64,000 bases of DNA from Candidatus Ryanbacteria bacterium RIFCSPHIGHO2_02_FULL_45_17b (GTDB taxonomy: Bacteria > Patescibacteriota > Minisyncoccia > Ryanbacterales > 2-02-FULL-48-12): assembly GCA_001819815.1 (NCBI GenBank), contig MHNO01000009.1:147016-211015 (forward strand), written 5' to 3'. The first letter of the stretch is position 1. Every line of letters starts with the position of its first letter. The position numbers and the translations under genes are program-made. Below, in pieces: positions 9,469 through 20,041 of the stretch. The notes beneath the pieces were generated by a model. The model had not been told where the DNA came from and searched no databases. It was given only the letters and a program-made list of their open reading frames with translations.

Positions 9469-9544
9469 AGCTTTAGTATACAAAAAAGTGGTCGCCTTTG
9501 CATGAAAAGCGGCCAAGAGAACGTCCGTATTATTTTATTCTAAA

Positions 9545-11335
9545 TTATACACTCCTGCGCGCGCGTGCCCGTTCTGCTTCGGTGCGAAACTGTTTGCGTA
9601 GACGCACATTATGAGGTGTTATTTCCAGATATTCATCATCAGCCATTACTTCCATGCCACGCTCTATGGTAAGCAAAAATGGCGGCGCTAATACTATCGC
9701 GTCATCCGTGCCTGACGCGCGCACATTCGTGAGTTGTTTTCCTTTCGTTGGGTTTACCCGCATTTCTTCACCTTTTGAAGTATTACCAATTACCATGCCT
9801 TCGTACACATCCGTACCAGGACCAATATAAAGCGTTCCACGTTCCTGTAAACCCCATAACGCATAACCCAATGCTTTGCCGGTCGCCATGGAAATCATGG
9901 AACCAACCAATCGTTTTTTAATTTCACCTACATAAGGACGAAAACCGATAAAATGCGAAGCAAGGATGCCCTCACCTTTTGTATCAATTACAAATTGATT
10001 CCTGTAGCCAAGTATACCGCGCGTGGGACCTTCAAATGTCATACGCACGCTTTTTTCATGGGTTGCCATATTTTTTAGCACAAATCCACGCGTGCCCAGG
10101 CGTTCAATAACCGTGCCTTGAAACTCGCTTGGCGTATCCACTAAAAGTTCTTCAAATGGCTCAACAGTAACACCCTGTTCTTCCCGCACAATTGCTTTTG
10201 GTTGTGATACCTGCACTTCATAGCCGGCGCGCCGCATATTTTCAAGAAGAATCGCAATATGAAGTTCCCCCCGGCCGTACACGCGAAAATTATCGGCAGA
10301 AGCGAAATCTACTTTCAGACCTACATTCACTTCCAGTTCGCGCGTAAGATATTCAGCAATTTGGCGCGATGTAACAAATTTTCCTTCCCGTCCCGCAAAG
10401 GGGGAATTGTTCACTAAAAATGAAAGCGCGATGGTTGGTTCATCAATGGCAATTGCCGGCAGTGGATCAACATTCGCATCGGTTGTTATGGTTTCTCCAA
10501 TAGTAATATCCGAAAGACCCGCGATAAGAACCACATCTCCCGCTGAAGCCTCAACGGCCTCCACTCGTTCAAGACCATGAAACAAAAATAGCTTGGAAAT
10601 TTTTCCCGAACGGGTTTGACCGTCTGGTTTTTTAACAAATAGATTAGCGCCTGTTTTGATAACGCCTTCGTAGACACGCGCTATCGCAAGGCGGCCAACA
10701 AAATTGTCGTATCCAAGATTAAATGGTTGGGCGCGAAGCGCGCATGATGCCAATTTTTCAGAAGATGCCGATGGCACATGTTCCAAAACGGCATCCAAAA
10801 GCGGCGAGAGATCTTTTGACTCAGCATCTAATGTGCGTTTGGCAATGCCTTCACGGCCTATGGCGTATATCACGGGAAATGTGGCTTGTTCCTCGGAAGC
10901 TCCCAAATCAAAAAATAACTCAAGCACTTTTTCTTCCGTGCGATGAGGATCAGCCGCCGGTTTATCAATTTTATTTATTACCACGATGGGACGCAGTCCG
11001 AGCTCTAAAGATTTTTTGAGCACGAAACGAGTTTGAGGCATAGGCCCTTCCTGCGCGTCCACTATCAATAACACGGAATCAATAGAACGTAATACGCGCT
11101 CGACTTCAGAACCAAAGTCCGCGTGACCGGGCGTATCTACGATATTTATTTTTGTGTCTTTATAAAAGAGAGAGGCATTTTTAGAATAGATGGTAATGCC
11201 GCGTTCTTGTTCCAAAGAATTGGAATCCATGGAAACTCCTTCTTTTGCGGCTCCCATTTGGCGCAACAACGCATCGGTAAGAGTAGTTTTACCGTGATCT
11301 ACGTGCGCGATAATTGCGATGTTTCTGATTTCCAT
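9545..11335 (-). CDS. typA: Translational GTPase TypA/BipA
   Basis: IAHVDHGKTT, ERGITI, DTPGHADF, NKID, GRGELH, YLEITP. Confidence 0.97.
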   Translation of the reverse strand: MEIRNIAIIAHVDHGKTTLTDALLRQMGAAKEGVSMDSNSLEQERGITIYSKNASLFYKDTKINIVDTPGHADFGSEVERVLRSIDSVLLIVDAQEGPMPQTRFVLKKSLELGLRPIVVINKIDKPAADPHRTEEKVLELFFDLGASEEQATFPVIYAIGREGIAKRTLDAESKDLSPLLDAVLEHVPSASSEKLASCALRAQPFNLGYDNFVGRLAIARVYEGVIKTGANLFVKKPDGQTRSGKISKLFLFHGLERVEAVEASAGDVVLIAGLSDITIGETITTDANVDPLPAIAIDEPTIALSFLVNNSPFAGREGKFVTSRQIAEYLTRELEVNVGLKVDFASADNFRVYGRGELHIAILLENMRRAGYEVQVSQPKAIVREEQGVTVEPFEELLVDTPSEFQGTVIERLGTRGFVLKNMATHEKSVRMTFEGPTRGILGYRNQFVIDTKGEGILASHFIGFRPYVGEIKKRLVGSMISMATGKALGYALWGLQERGTLYIGPGTDVYEGMVIGNTSKGEEMRVNPTKGKQLTNVRASGTDDAIVLAPPFLLTIERGMEVMADDEYLEITPHNVRLRKQFRTEAERARARRSV

Positions 11336-11396
11336 AATGATAAAGCAAAACGCCCCAACTAGAGCGGATGGGGCGCTTACGCTTTGGCATCACTGC

Positions 11397-11600
11397 CTAG
11401 GCAATCTTGCTGACCTTAACCGCGTTCGGTCCTTTCGGACTGTCGGCGACTTCAAAGGTCACCCGATCACCTTCGCGAAGCTCATCAAAGGTTACACCTT
11501 CGAGCTCGTTAGAGTGGAAAAAGAGATCTTTTTCCTGACCCTCACGTTTGATGAACCCGAAACCCTTGTCGGTGAGACGGGCAATTGTTCCTTCTTCCAT
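11397..11600 (-). CDS. Cold-shock domain protein (second paralog)
   Basis: KGFGFI, DLFFHSN, KGPNA. Upstream TTGACA-17-TATACT promoter near 11701-11729 implies a long 5' UTR. Confidence 0.95.
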   Translation of the reverse strand: MEEGTIARLTDKGFGFIKREGQEKDLFFHSNELEGVTFDELREGDRVTFEVADSPKGPNAVKVSKIA

Positions 11601-11728
11601 AAAAGCGAAGTAAGAAAAGTTGATAAAATATCAAGCAAAATACGTTGAAGATAGAGACTCGATCCATTTCTCTGGATCAGCGCTGCATTGATACACTCAA
11701 GTATATCATAGCCAAACCATATTGTCAA

Positions 11729-12691
11729 CTACTTTTCATCATTAATTTTATTTAGAATTTTCTTGACTTTTTCCAAACTCTCTTCGTCGTGAATAGAAAG
11801 CGCAAATACATTTTTGGTGACTTTTTTTAGAGCGGTAATTTTTTTCTTTATTTCTAAAGGAGTGGCAACATCGCTTTTTGAAAGAAATATATATTCTGTT
11901 TTTTCCGCAAGGTTTTTACTGTAGGATGAAAGCTCCTTTCTTATGACTTTATAATCTGCTACGGGGTCCGCGGACTCTGCGGATATGAGATGAAACAAAA
12001 TTTTTGTGCGTTCAATATGCCTTAAAAACTTAGCGCCCAAACCTTTCCCCTCGGATGCTCCTTCTATAATTCCCGGGATGTCGGCGAGGATAAGATCATA
12101 GTACACGCCCAAGTGCGGTTCAAGCGTAGTGAACGCGTAATTCGCCACCTTGCTTTTTGCTTCGGTAAGCTCGTTTAACAAGCTTGACTTCCCTGCATTT
12201 GGCAACCCAATAAGCCCTACATCAGCAATAAGCTTAAGCTCAAGCTTGAGCGTGAAGTGTTCCCCCGGGAGGCCCGGTTGAAACTCCCGAGGACTTGTGT
12301 TTGTAGGCGAGCGAAATTTATAATTTCCCTTACCGCCTCTGCCGCCCTTAGCCACCAAAATCCGCTCGCCGATTTTTAAAACTTCTTTTGTCTCTTGTGT
12401 TTCAACCACGCGAATTACCGTACCTACGGGAATGCGCAACACAACATCCGGCGCGTCCGGCCCATCGCTAAATTGCGCTTTCCCATTTGCGCCGTTTTTT
12501 GCTTCAATATCTTTCTTGTATCTAAATTGGCTTAAAGCACCCAGATCAGAAATGCCTTCAACATAGACACTGCCACCCTTTCCCCCATTCCCACCCGTAG
12601 GCCCCAAACTCATTTTGATAGTACTGAAAGCAACGCCGCCTCTGCCGCCCTTTCCTGATGTTACCGTAATGGTGATTTCGTCGATAAGCAT
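11729..12691 (-). CDS. obgE: GTPase ObgE/CgtA (no C-terminal extension)
   Basis: Gly-rich Obg domain, ADVGLIGLPNAGKS, YAFTTL, DIPG, FLRHIERT. Confidence 0.96.
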   Translation of the reverse strand: MLIDEITITVTSGKGGRGGVAFSTIKMSLGPTGGNGGKGGSVYVEGISDLGALSQFRYKKDIEAKNGANGKAQFSDGPDAPDVVLRIPVGTVIRVVETQETKEVLKIGERILVAKGGRGGKGNYKFRSPTNTSPREFQPGLPGEHFTLKLELKLIADVGLIGLPNAGKSSLLNELTEAKSKVANYAFTTLEPHLGVYYDLILADIPGIIEGASEGKGLGAKFLRHIERTKILFHLISAESADPVADYKVIRKELSSYSKNLAEKTEYIFLSKSDVATPLEIKKKITALKKVTKNVFALSIHDEESLEKVKKILNKINDEK

Positions 12692-12806
12692 AGTGAGACT
12701 AGTAAGGATAGAGTAAAAAATCTTTCGTAGCAATGGGTAAGCAAAAACTGTGCCATAACAAAAGGCCATGCATTTCCAAGATATGCATGGCCAGCCTTAT
12801 AACAGT

Positions 12807-13400
12807 TTATTCAGGATGCTTTGTTACAATCACACGCACCCCGGGAATCATAAAGTCATACTCCTTTCTTAATGACTCCGCCAAAGCCTCATTATTAACG
12901 TCCTCTGACGATAAAGAGGCAAGTGTTTCCCTTAAACGGTTGTTCCTCGTTGTCGGATCGTCTTTAAAAAATGGAACCGGACCCCATGTTTCCTTGGGGA
13001 AATGAACATCCGCCCTTATTATCCATACTATGGAATCAATAGTCTTCTTGATTCCTATGTTCAAAACCCGTGGATATTTGTGCGGCGTATACCGCGTATA
13101 GCCTTCTGGGGCTAGTTTCATTTCACAAAACCCGGAAGCAAATATCTTTTGATCTTTTTTAACAAGCCAGAAATTTTCCGGGTCTTCAGGAAACAATCTC
13201 CTTTTGTTTAATCCGTACATGACGACCAACAACACCAACACGGCAAGAACTGCCAATATCAGTAACATCACCCATGAGTTGTTTAGCCATGAGACAAAGA
13301 TCACGGGTAACACGATAAGCCATGTAACGGGCCTGCCTCCTACCATAAAAACTGCCGCTGGAAAGACATCTCCTATTACAAGTTCTTCTTCTCTAAACAT
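12807..13400 (-). CDS. Hypothetical membrane-anchored protein (ORFan with strong SD)
   Basis: AAGGAGGTG upstream of ATG; two N-terminal TM segments; terminator-like hairpin GGCCATGCAT..ATGCATGGCC near 12760-12793. Confidence 0.65.
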   Translation of the reverse strand: MFREEELVIGDVFPAAVFMVGGRPVTWLIVLPVIFVSWLNNSWVMLLILAVLAVLVLLVVMYGLNKRRLFPEDPENFWLVKKDQKIFASGFCEMKLAPEGYTRYTPHKYPRVLNIGIKKTIDSIVWIIRADVHFPKETWGPVPFFKDDPTTRNNRLRETLASLSSEDVNNEALAESLRKEYDFMIPGVRVIVTKHPE

Positions 13401-13544
13401 CCTACACCTCCTTATGCCTACAGTTTATTGTTTCGTTGTTAGTTAAAAAAGAACGCCCATTTACCTAGCGAAAACATATCATATTCATAGGTAACTGTCA
13501 ATCCTCTTTGCCCATCGCGAATAGAGAGCGTAAAGACACTCTAT

Positions 13545-13958
13545 CTACCGCCACAACACAAGAATAAGCGCCATGACTTTGAGAGCAACCAATTGGTAGC
13601 CAATGTTTACAAAATACAGTTTCATGGACTTCCCTTCCCACAACACCGAATTGATCATGGTAGTAACAATGAAACCAAGCCACACCCAAAACGCAAGCAA
13701 AAACGCGCCATGTACCGTGACGGCGCCCCACACGGCCGCAAAATGCGCAAGCACAAACGCCATCACCAGCGCCATAAGAAACGCGCTTGCATAAAGTTTC
13801 CCCATGCCACGGTTCTTCAGTTCGTTTAAACGATCATCCGAAAGCCCCATCAAACGCATCCACATTTTTCCGAACAACGGTCCATACCACAATGCTCCCA
13901 AAATCATGTTGCTTACACCCGCAGCCAACACTGCCAAGTAGTTTATTTGAATATCCAT
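13545..13958 (-). CDS. DUF1761 family membrane protein
   Basis: INYLAVL...GALWYGPLFGKMWM, WLGF, LWEGK motifs. Confidence 0.85.
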   Translation of the reverse strand: MDIQINYLAVLAAGVSNMILGALWYGPLFGKMWMRLMGLSDDRLNELKNRGMGKLYASAFLMALVMAFVLAHFAAVWGAVTVHGAFLLAFWVWLGFIVTTMINSVLWEGKSMKLYFVNIGYQLVALKVMALILVLWR

Positions 13959-14009
13959 AGAAATCGTTAATACTGCCAATAATACTACCAATAAATAGTA
14001 TCACTCTTT

Positions 14010-14774
14010 TCATTCAAACTCCAAGTATAGCGGCGCATGATCCGAAACCTCATCCGGTAGCACTTTAAAATCCTTTACCTCTATTCCCTTGCTCACAAAT
14101 GCGTAATCAGCAAATTTTTCAGGTTTTGTGTAGTGGCTTGTTCGTGTGGAAGTAATACCATATTCTTTTATTAAATTACGAAGTCCGAACTCTTCAAGTT
14201 TCTCGATACTCTTTGTGTCGGGCAAGAGATTAAAGTCCCCGCAAATAATGTACGGATTTTGAATAGTTTGCATAAAACGAATAATGTTATCTGATTGTAG
14301 TAACCGATCTTCGCTATCACCTTTACCCTTTCCATTCCACATCCCATGGAAATTCATTACTGTTCTGTTTCCTCTAGGTGTTTCAAAAGTTATATACTCT
14401 ACATTCCGTGCATGAAAACCAACATCACCCTGTGGTACGTGCCCCCGTTCTTTGTACACAAAAATATCTCCTTCCTCAACCACAGATAGACTTTTCTTAA
14501 CAAGCATCATAAGACCATAATTATCAAGATGGTGAGGACGAAAGTACGATGTATGCCTATCAAGAACGGCGGAAATATCTTGCATACCGTAAACCATTAT
14601 GTTGGAGTGATTAAGTTCAAGCCCACCCACCGCCTGCCCTTCAAGATGTTCGTAAGGTGCAGACCAAATTTCCTGCAAACAAAAAATATCAACATCTTTA
14701 TTATTCTCAAAAAATACGAGAAGTTTTTCCTTCCCGGCTCGTCCACCCCACGTGTTTAATGAAATGAGTTTCAT
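14010..14774 (-). CDS. Endonuclease/exonuclease/phosphatase (EEP) family protein
   Basis: SLN, CLQE, GDFN, DY, SDHAPL motifs. Confidence 0.92.
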   Translation of the reverse strand: MKLISLNTWGGRAGKEKLLVFFENNKDVDIFCLQEIWSAPYEHLEGQAVGGLELNHSNIMVYGMQDISAVLDRHTSYFRPHHLDNYGLMMLVKKSLSVVEEGDIFVYKERGHVPQGDVGFHARNVEYITFETPRGNRTVMNFHGMWNGKGKGDSEDRLLQSDNIIRFMQTIQNPYIICGDFNLLPDTKSIEKLEEFGLRNLIKEYGITSTRTSHYTKPEKFADYAFVSKGIEVKDFKVLPDEVSDHAPLYLEFE

Positions 14775-15481
14775 AATTTTTCTTTTATCGCTTCATACCA
14801 AACCGCATACCCATCATCAGAAAGATGTAAACCGTCTTTGGCATAGTAACGTTCAGGATCCTTTGCGAATAGGTCGTCGGCATGTTCTTTAAAAAGATTT
14901 ATAAAAACAACACCTTCTTTCTCCGCAAGTGCGCGGAATACCGCATGATAGTTCCGCGTGCGATATGTATAGATGGATTCTATGGGCCATGGCCAAATGG
15001 GAGCAAGCCCAATATTTCCGGAAACAAGCCAGATAACGTGGTCTCCTTTTTCTTTGACTGCCTTCAAAAGAAGGCTTGCGTCAGATTCTGCTATTTTTAT
15101 GGAATGGAAACGAATGATGTCGTTCGCACCGCCCATGATAACAACAAGATCAAACCGCCCATCTACACCACTCACTTGTTCTGTAACTCCTGCAAGCTTA
15201 GCACCGCTCAGAGCGGTATTCACAATTTCCGCGTCTAGAAAATCTGCATGAAGTCTGCCTGCAATAGAATGTTCGCTCTGAACTGATCCAATCCCCACCG
15301 CAAGACTATCCCCTGCAACAAGAATTCTTTTGTATCGGTTTGCTCCTAATTTCTCTGCAGGAAAAGAAAAAGGAGTTGTGACCTCTATAAGACGTCCGCT
15401 TATTTGTACACGCCGAAAAAATTGCACACCGGAAAAACCAAGATACACAAGAATAATAAATAGGAAAATAAATTTTATCAT
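14771..15481 (-). CDS. SGNH/GDSL hydrolase with N-terminal anchor
   Basis: GDSL, SGA, GGAND, DGLHL blocks. Confidence 0.9.
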   Translation of the reverse strand: MIKFIFLFIILVYLGFSGVQFFRRVQISGRLIEVTTPFSFPAEKLGANRYKRILVAGDSLAVGIGSVQSEHSIAGRLHADFLDAEIVNTALSGAKLAGVTEQVSGVDGRFDLVVIMGGANDIIRFHSIKIAESDASLLLKAVKEKGDHVIWLVSGNIGLAPIWPWPIESIYTYRTRNYHAVFRALAEKEGVVFINLFKEHADDLFAKDPERYYAKDGLHLSDDGYAVWYEAIKEKL

Positions 15482-15485
15482 AGCA

Positions 15486-16103
15486 TTATCCACCTCGTTG
15501 CCATTCTAGAATTGCTTCAAACGGGTAGAGCAACATAATAATGTTAAGTGTTAAATTATCGTGAATCCAATACCCCACAAATACTTCCATGACTATAAGC
15601 AACGCAACAGTAACCCGCACCGGCAAGCGCCACGCAAGAAAAAACCCAAGAACCATAGCAAGCACGTCACTGGTTGAATTCACCACACTATCGCCAAAAT
15701 AGTCGTACGAGATAGTAATGGCGCGGTATCGATTAATAATGAAATCCGTGTTTTCAAAAAGCTCCCATGCCGTTTCGGCAAAAATGGCGAGCAGTAACAT
15801 AAACCCCACCGACCATCCTCCTGCACTCCAAGTAGAGCTTCGGAGGACAGGTCCGCGTTTTTTGCCAACGATCCACGCAACCCAATAAAATATAAAACCA
15901 TGGATGATATGCGAAAAGGTGTACCAATCGGAAATGTGCTGTGAGTTTTCAGACGTAAGCACGGTAGGTCCATGCCAGAATTTTATAAACCCGCACTCAC
16001 ATATTAATGGTTGACCCATCATATATAAAATGCCGGCAAATAATACTATAAGAAACGTACTTGCCAACAAAGAAGCGCGAAGTGATATAGACGGAAAATT
16101 CAT
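15486..16103 (-). CDS. DUF2585 family membrane protein with a short in-frame palindromic insert
   Basis: [47 protein letters not shown]. Confidence 0.88.
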   Translation of the reverse strand: MNFPSISLRASLLASTFLIVLFAGILYMMGQPLICECGFIKFWHGPTVLTSENSQHISDWYTFSHIIHGFIFYWVAWIVGKKRGPVLRSSTWSAGGWSVGFMLLLAIFAETAWELFENTDFIINRYRAITISYDYFGDSVVNSTSDVLAMVLGFFLAWRLPVRVTVALLIVMEVFVGYWIHDNLTLNIIMLLYPFEAILEWQRGG

Positions 16104-16189
16104 ATGTTTTCATGCTAACATACAAAGCGCGCTACCAAAAAGAATAGCGCGTCTCTTGAGATTTTATATTTCTCGTACATACTACACGT

Positions 16190-17035
16190 ATGACTGTTAA
16201 AGAAGAACCTATGGAACTCATTGAGGATGTTTCCACAAGCACTATGTCATACATCAACCGCCGGTGGGGTGCGTGGTTTTATGCACCCGGAGTTATACTG
16301 ACAATTCTTATTATATACGGCACATACTATTTTGAAGATACAGAACTTGTTACTCTCCCGCTTGTGTGGTTTTTAGGTGGATATTTCTATGCTCGCACAA
16401 AAATACTCAAAGAATTTATGAGGCAATTTGCCGTGAAAAACGGCTTTGAGTATTTTGAGAAAGATATTGCTGATATGCAAGGAGCTCTTTTTGAAAAGGG
16501 ACACAGCAAAGTAGCAAGTAATATGATTTATGGACGATACAACAACCGTCGAATGCGATTTTTTAACTATCAGTTCTCCACCGGTCAAGGAAAACACCGG
16601 CGAACGTATGACCATACCGTATGTGAACTGACATTGCCAGGCATTGCGCCAAACATTCTTGTAGAATCAAAAAACTTTTTTGACTTCAATAGCTTCAAAA
16701 AACCCTCTCAAAAAGAAATGCCGCTTGAAAGCGCATTCCAGAATTATTTTAAAACATACGCGCCCGAAGATTTTGATATAGAAACATTTGAGCTATTTAC
16801 CCCCGAAGTAATGACGGCATTAATTGATAGGGCACAGGGATACGACTTTGAATTTATAGAAAACAAATTATATATCTTTCGTCAAAAAATTATAACAAAA
16901 CGCGTTGAACTCCATTCTCTATTTTACCTGGCGCAATATCTGATAATCACTCTTTGGCCGCGGGTTATACGCTTACAAGATGATATTGCGGCTATTCATG
17001 CCGTACGGAAAAAAAGCGACCAACCTCTTAGTTAA
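16190..17035 (+). CDS. Hypothetical membrane protein (2 TM plus soluble domain, DUF3137-like)
   Basis: 281-aa ORF; PLESAFQNYF...FTPEVM pattern. Confidence 0.6.
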   Translation: MTVKEEPMELIEDVSTSTMSYINRRWGAWFYAPGVILTILIIYGTYYFEDTELVTLPLVWFLGGYFYARTKILKEFMRQFAVKNGFEYFEKDIADMQGALFEKGHSKVASNMIYGRYNNRRMRFFNYQFSTGQGKHRRTYDHTVCELTLPGIAPNILVESKNFFDFNSFKKPSQKEMPLESAFQNYFKTYAPEDFDIETFELFTPEVMTALIDRAQGYDFEFIENKLYIFRQKIITKRVELHSLFYLAQYLIITLWPRVIRLQDDIAAIHAVRKKSDQPLS

Positions 17036-17375
17036 TTTTTGAACCGGGAGGTACGTCTTTTTCTGCTGAAAGAAGTACGGGCATACCCTCTGCGTCGCGC
17101 GCGGCAAGCAACATGCCCTGTGATTCCAAACCCATGAGCACACGGGGTTCAAGATTTGCCACAACAATAATTTCCTTTCCTGTCAGAGTTTCCGGCGCGT
17201 ATGCCTTCCCGATACCTGCAATAATTTGGCGCGTAGTAGCATCTCCTGTGTCTATTTCCAACCGCAGCAGTTTTTCTGAACCACTCACACGCTCGGCGTT
17301 CACTACGCGTGCCACACGAAAATCAAGCTTCGAAAAATGATCATACGAAATGATTTCTTTTGTGTTTTCATCCAT
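17028..17375 (-). CDS. tRNA-binding OB-fold protein (MetRS C-terminal / Trbp111-like)
   Basis: FSKLDFRV, KLLRL, RQIIAGI, NLEPR..G.ESQGMLLAA. Confidence 0.9.
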   Translation of the reverse strand: MDENTKEIISYDHFSKLDFRVARVVNAERVSGSEKLLRLEIDTGDATTRQIIAGIGKAYAPETLTGKEIIVVANLEPRVLMGLESQGMLLAARDAEGMPVLLSAEKDVPPGSKIN

Positions 17376-17384
17376 GTTTGGTAT

Positions 17385-17588
17385 TTACAACAAACCGTTA
17401 AATGAACCGAGATACACATCCAAAAACTGCGGAATAATAAAGACAAGCCCCGCAAGTGGCAGTACAAACAAAATAACAGTAACCCAAATAATCACGAGAA
17501 AATATTTGCGCGTCTTTTCCACTGATTTCCAAATGGCATCAAGCTTCGCGCCCTGTTCTTTTATTGTTTGAAACAATTCGTTTTCCAT
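17385..17588 (-). CDS. Small hypothetical membrane protein
   Basis: 67 aa; KLDAIWKSVEKTRKYF followed by a TM segment. Confidence 0.7.
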   Translation of the reverse strand: MENELFQTIKEQGAKLDAIWKSVEKTRKYFLVIIWVTVILFVLPLAGLVFIIPQFLDVYLGSFNGLL

Positions 17589-17697
17589 AGATAGAGGTTT
17601 ATTATAACATATCGTCTTAGGAAAAAAAGCCTAAAAACCTCCGTATAGAAATTGAAAAACTTTGTAAATTATCCTACGCGTCTGCTACTATGTGAAT

Positions 17698-19089
17698 ATG
17701 AAACGCATTCTCGCAACCATGTTGTCTTTATTCCTTTTAGTATCCTTTTTTCTGCCATCCCGCGCTCTTGCGGCGCGTTCGCTCTCAATCGGACTCTCGG
17801 GCAGTGATGTGGCGGCGTTGCAGAACGTCCTCATTGAAAAAGGATATCTTGCCACGGGAAAAGCCACCGGGTATTTCGGCCCCCTCACAGAAGCCGGTAT
17901 CAAAAAATTCCAGTGCGACCAAAACATCGTCTGCGCGGGAACACGTGCTTCCGGCTACGGCGTATATGGACCTCGCACGCAAGCGGCTCTGGCAGGTGCT
18001 AGCTCAATCAATCAATTTGAGTTTTCCGGGTGGATACCCTACTGGCGCACAGCCACCGGCACCGCGGATGTTCTCCCCCACCTCTCGCAACTCACAAGCG
18101 TAATGCCTTTCGGGTACACCATGAAAAACGACGGCACGCTTGCCGATACCGCGAAACTTAGGGAAGAACCCTGGACGTCGTTTATTGCGGCGGCAAAAAA
18201 AGCAAATGTCCGCGTTGTTCCCACTGTGATGTGGGGTAATGGCGAGACCATACACCGCGTACTTAGCAACACCGCCACGCGCATCGCGCTGGAAGATGAA
18301 ATAGCGAACGTAGTAAAGCAAAGTGGGTTTGACGGCATTGATATAGACTTTGAAGCAAAAAAACATGAAACCATAGATTATTTCTCCACGTTTCTGAAAG
18401 GGCTTGATATGCGCCTCGGCAACAAATTGCTCTACTGCACAATTGAGGCTCGTATGCCGCTGGACCATCGCTACAGCCCTGGTGCTGTCATACCACCCGA
18501 TGCCATGGATTACGCCAACGACTACAAAGAAATAAACAAATACTGTGACCGCGTAGAAATCATGGCATATGACCAAGGCACCATAGACGTGCATCTGAAT
18601 GGCATCCGGTCAAAACCATACGCGCCGGTTGCCGATCCGGCATGGGTGGAGACATTGGTTACCCTCGCGGCAAAAAGCATTTCAAAAAATAAAATCATAG
18701 TGGGCATCCCCACCTATGGCTATGAATATCAAATTTCACTTCTTCCGGACGCAAGTTTTGAGTATAAGGTGCTTTGGCCGTTTAACCCCCGATACGCCAT
18801 TGATATCGCCAAAAAAATCGGCATCACCCCCACTCGAACCGGCGCGGGCGAGTTAGGTTTTCTGACAACTTCAGCCACATCAGTTCCCGCGGGCGCCGAA
18901 GCCACAGAAGCAGAACCAACAACCATTCCGCCCGTAAGCACGCTCATTTCTTTAAATTACCTAACCTGGAGTGACGCAAAAGCTATTGCGGACAAAGTCG
19001 CCCTCGCGCGGAAATTAGGCGTACGCGGCGTGGCAGTCTTTAAGTTTGACGGCGGACAAGATCCCGGGATGTGGGGCGTATTGAAATAA
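17698..19089 (+). CDS. Secreted peptidoglycan-binding domain + glycoside hydrolase family 18 protein
   Basis: Signal peptide, PG-binding motif (GSDVAALQ..GYFGPLT..FQ), GH18 catalytic DGIDIDFE, MAYD, GIPTYG. Confidence 0.88.
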   Translation: MKRILATMLSLFLLVSFFLPSRALAARSLSIGLSGSDVAALQNVLIEKGYLATGKATGYFGPLTEAGIKKFQCDQNIVCAGTRASGYGVYGPRTQAALAGASSINQFEFSGWIPYWRTATGTADVLPHLSQLTSVMPFGYTMKNDGTLADTAKLREEPWTSFIAAAKKANVRVVPTVMWGNGETIHRVLSNTATRIALEDEIANVVKQSGFDGIDIDFEAKKHETIDYFSTFLKGLDMRLGNKLLYCTIEARMPLDHRYSPGAVIPPDAMDYANDYKEINKYCDRVEIMAYDQGTIDVHLNGIRSKPYAPVADPAWVETLVTLAAKSISKNKIIVGIPTYGYEYQISLLPDASFEYKVLWPFNPRYAIDIAKKIGITPTRTGAGELGFLTTSATSVPAGAEATEAEPTTIPPVSTLISLNYLTWSDAKAIADKVALARKLGVRGVAVFKFDGGQDPGMWGVLK

Positions 19090-19105
19090 AGTACCACTAT
19101 ACAAT

Positions 19106-19567
19106 CTATGTAATCAAATCCAAATCTCCACCAAGAAAAATAGGCTTCATGCCTAATATTTCCTGCTTGTAAGAAAGTTCGGAAGAAACCGGGTTGAGTA
19201 TATAAATGGGTTTTTTCAAAAAGAATGCCACACCGATTTCAATAAGAGTATTACCGCCAATATACCCCGCCACACCTCGTTTTTCATGATTGGCAACAAC
19301 TATGGCATCGCCCCACTCAATTTTCTCATAGTGATCTCTGATTGCACTTTCTTTCATGTCCCAAAGCGTATGGCCTACCGGAAACGCGTCCACTCCACCC
19401 TTATCTTCAATATATTTGGCAAAATATATTTTCCGGTCCCCGCCCATTTCTGGAATTTCGTTGCGCAAAAGTGGAATGCGAACCTCATGGCCTTTGGCCT
19501 CTAGTGCACTTTTGAGCTCTTCCATTTCTTTATAGAAAGCAATACTTCCACAAACAGTTATTTTCAT
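19106..19567 (-). CDS. Nucleoside 2-deoxyribosyltransferase-like protein
   Basis: ITVCGS, DAIVVAN, GYIGGNTLIEIGVA, KPIYILN. Confidence 0.65.
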   Translation of the reverse strand: MKITVCGSIAFYKEMEELKSALEAKGHEVRIPLLRNEIPEMGGDRKIYFAKYIEDKGGVDAFPVGHTLWDMKESAIRDHYEKIEWGDAIVVANHEKRGVAGYIGGNTLIEIGVAFFLKKPIYILNPVSSELSYKQEILGMKPIFLGGDLDLIT

Positions 19568-19569
19568 AT

Positions 19570-20037
19570 TTATAGTATAGCTAATTCTTTAAACCATTCA
19601 TACATCACCGGTTCTAAGCCCGGATTTTCATTCCACTCGTCTTCCGAAATTTCTTTTTTTACATACCTCTCCGTTTTTTCTGCCAGCTTTTTTATTTCAT
19701 CTTTTGTATGCCAGCCTGCCTGTTTCGTTTCCTTCTGGCTACGTTTCAGAGTACCATGCGCCTCAACTTGAAACAGTTTCCAATAATGGTAGATGCCACC
19801 CGCGCGTCGGCAAGGATTTTCTTTTCTACCCTCCGCAATCAATCGCAATCCCATCGCATCCAACCCGACTTCTTCCTTAAGCTCTCTTTTTGCCGAATCT
19901 TCATAGGTTGCATCCCCATCAACATGCCCCGCGGGAACCGCAAAACCCTTTGGAAACTTAGCCCTTTCTATGAGCAAGAGCTTGTCTCCTCTCCACACCA
20001 TAATCCCGACGCTTGTATGATCACAAACTTTCTCCAT
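19570..20037 (-). CDS. NUDIX hydrolase
   Basis: Nudix box GHVDGDATYEDSAKRELKEEVG. Confidence 0.9.
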   Translation of the reverse strand: MEKVCDHTSVGIMVWRGDKLLLIERAKFPKGFAVPAGHVDGDATYEDSAKRELKEEVGLDAMGLRLIAEGRKENPCRRAGGIYHYWKLFQVEAHGTLKRSQKETKQAGWHTKDEIKKLAEKTERYVKKEISEDEWNENPGLEPVMYEWFKELAIL

Positions 20038-20041
20038 ATTT

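Noticed and set aside
6748-11600. Two csp paralogs as direct repeats bounding a mobile segment
   Set aside because: They differ at many synonymous sites and enclose the housekeeping gene typA; an ordinary old duplication.
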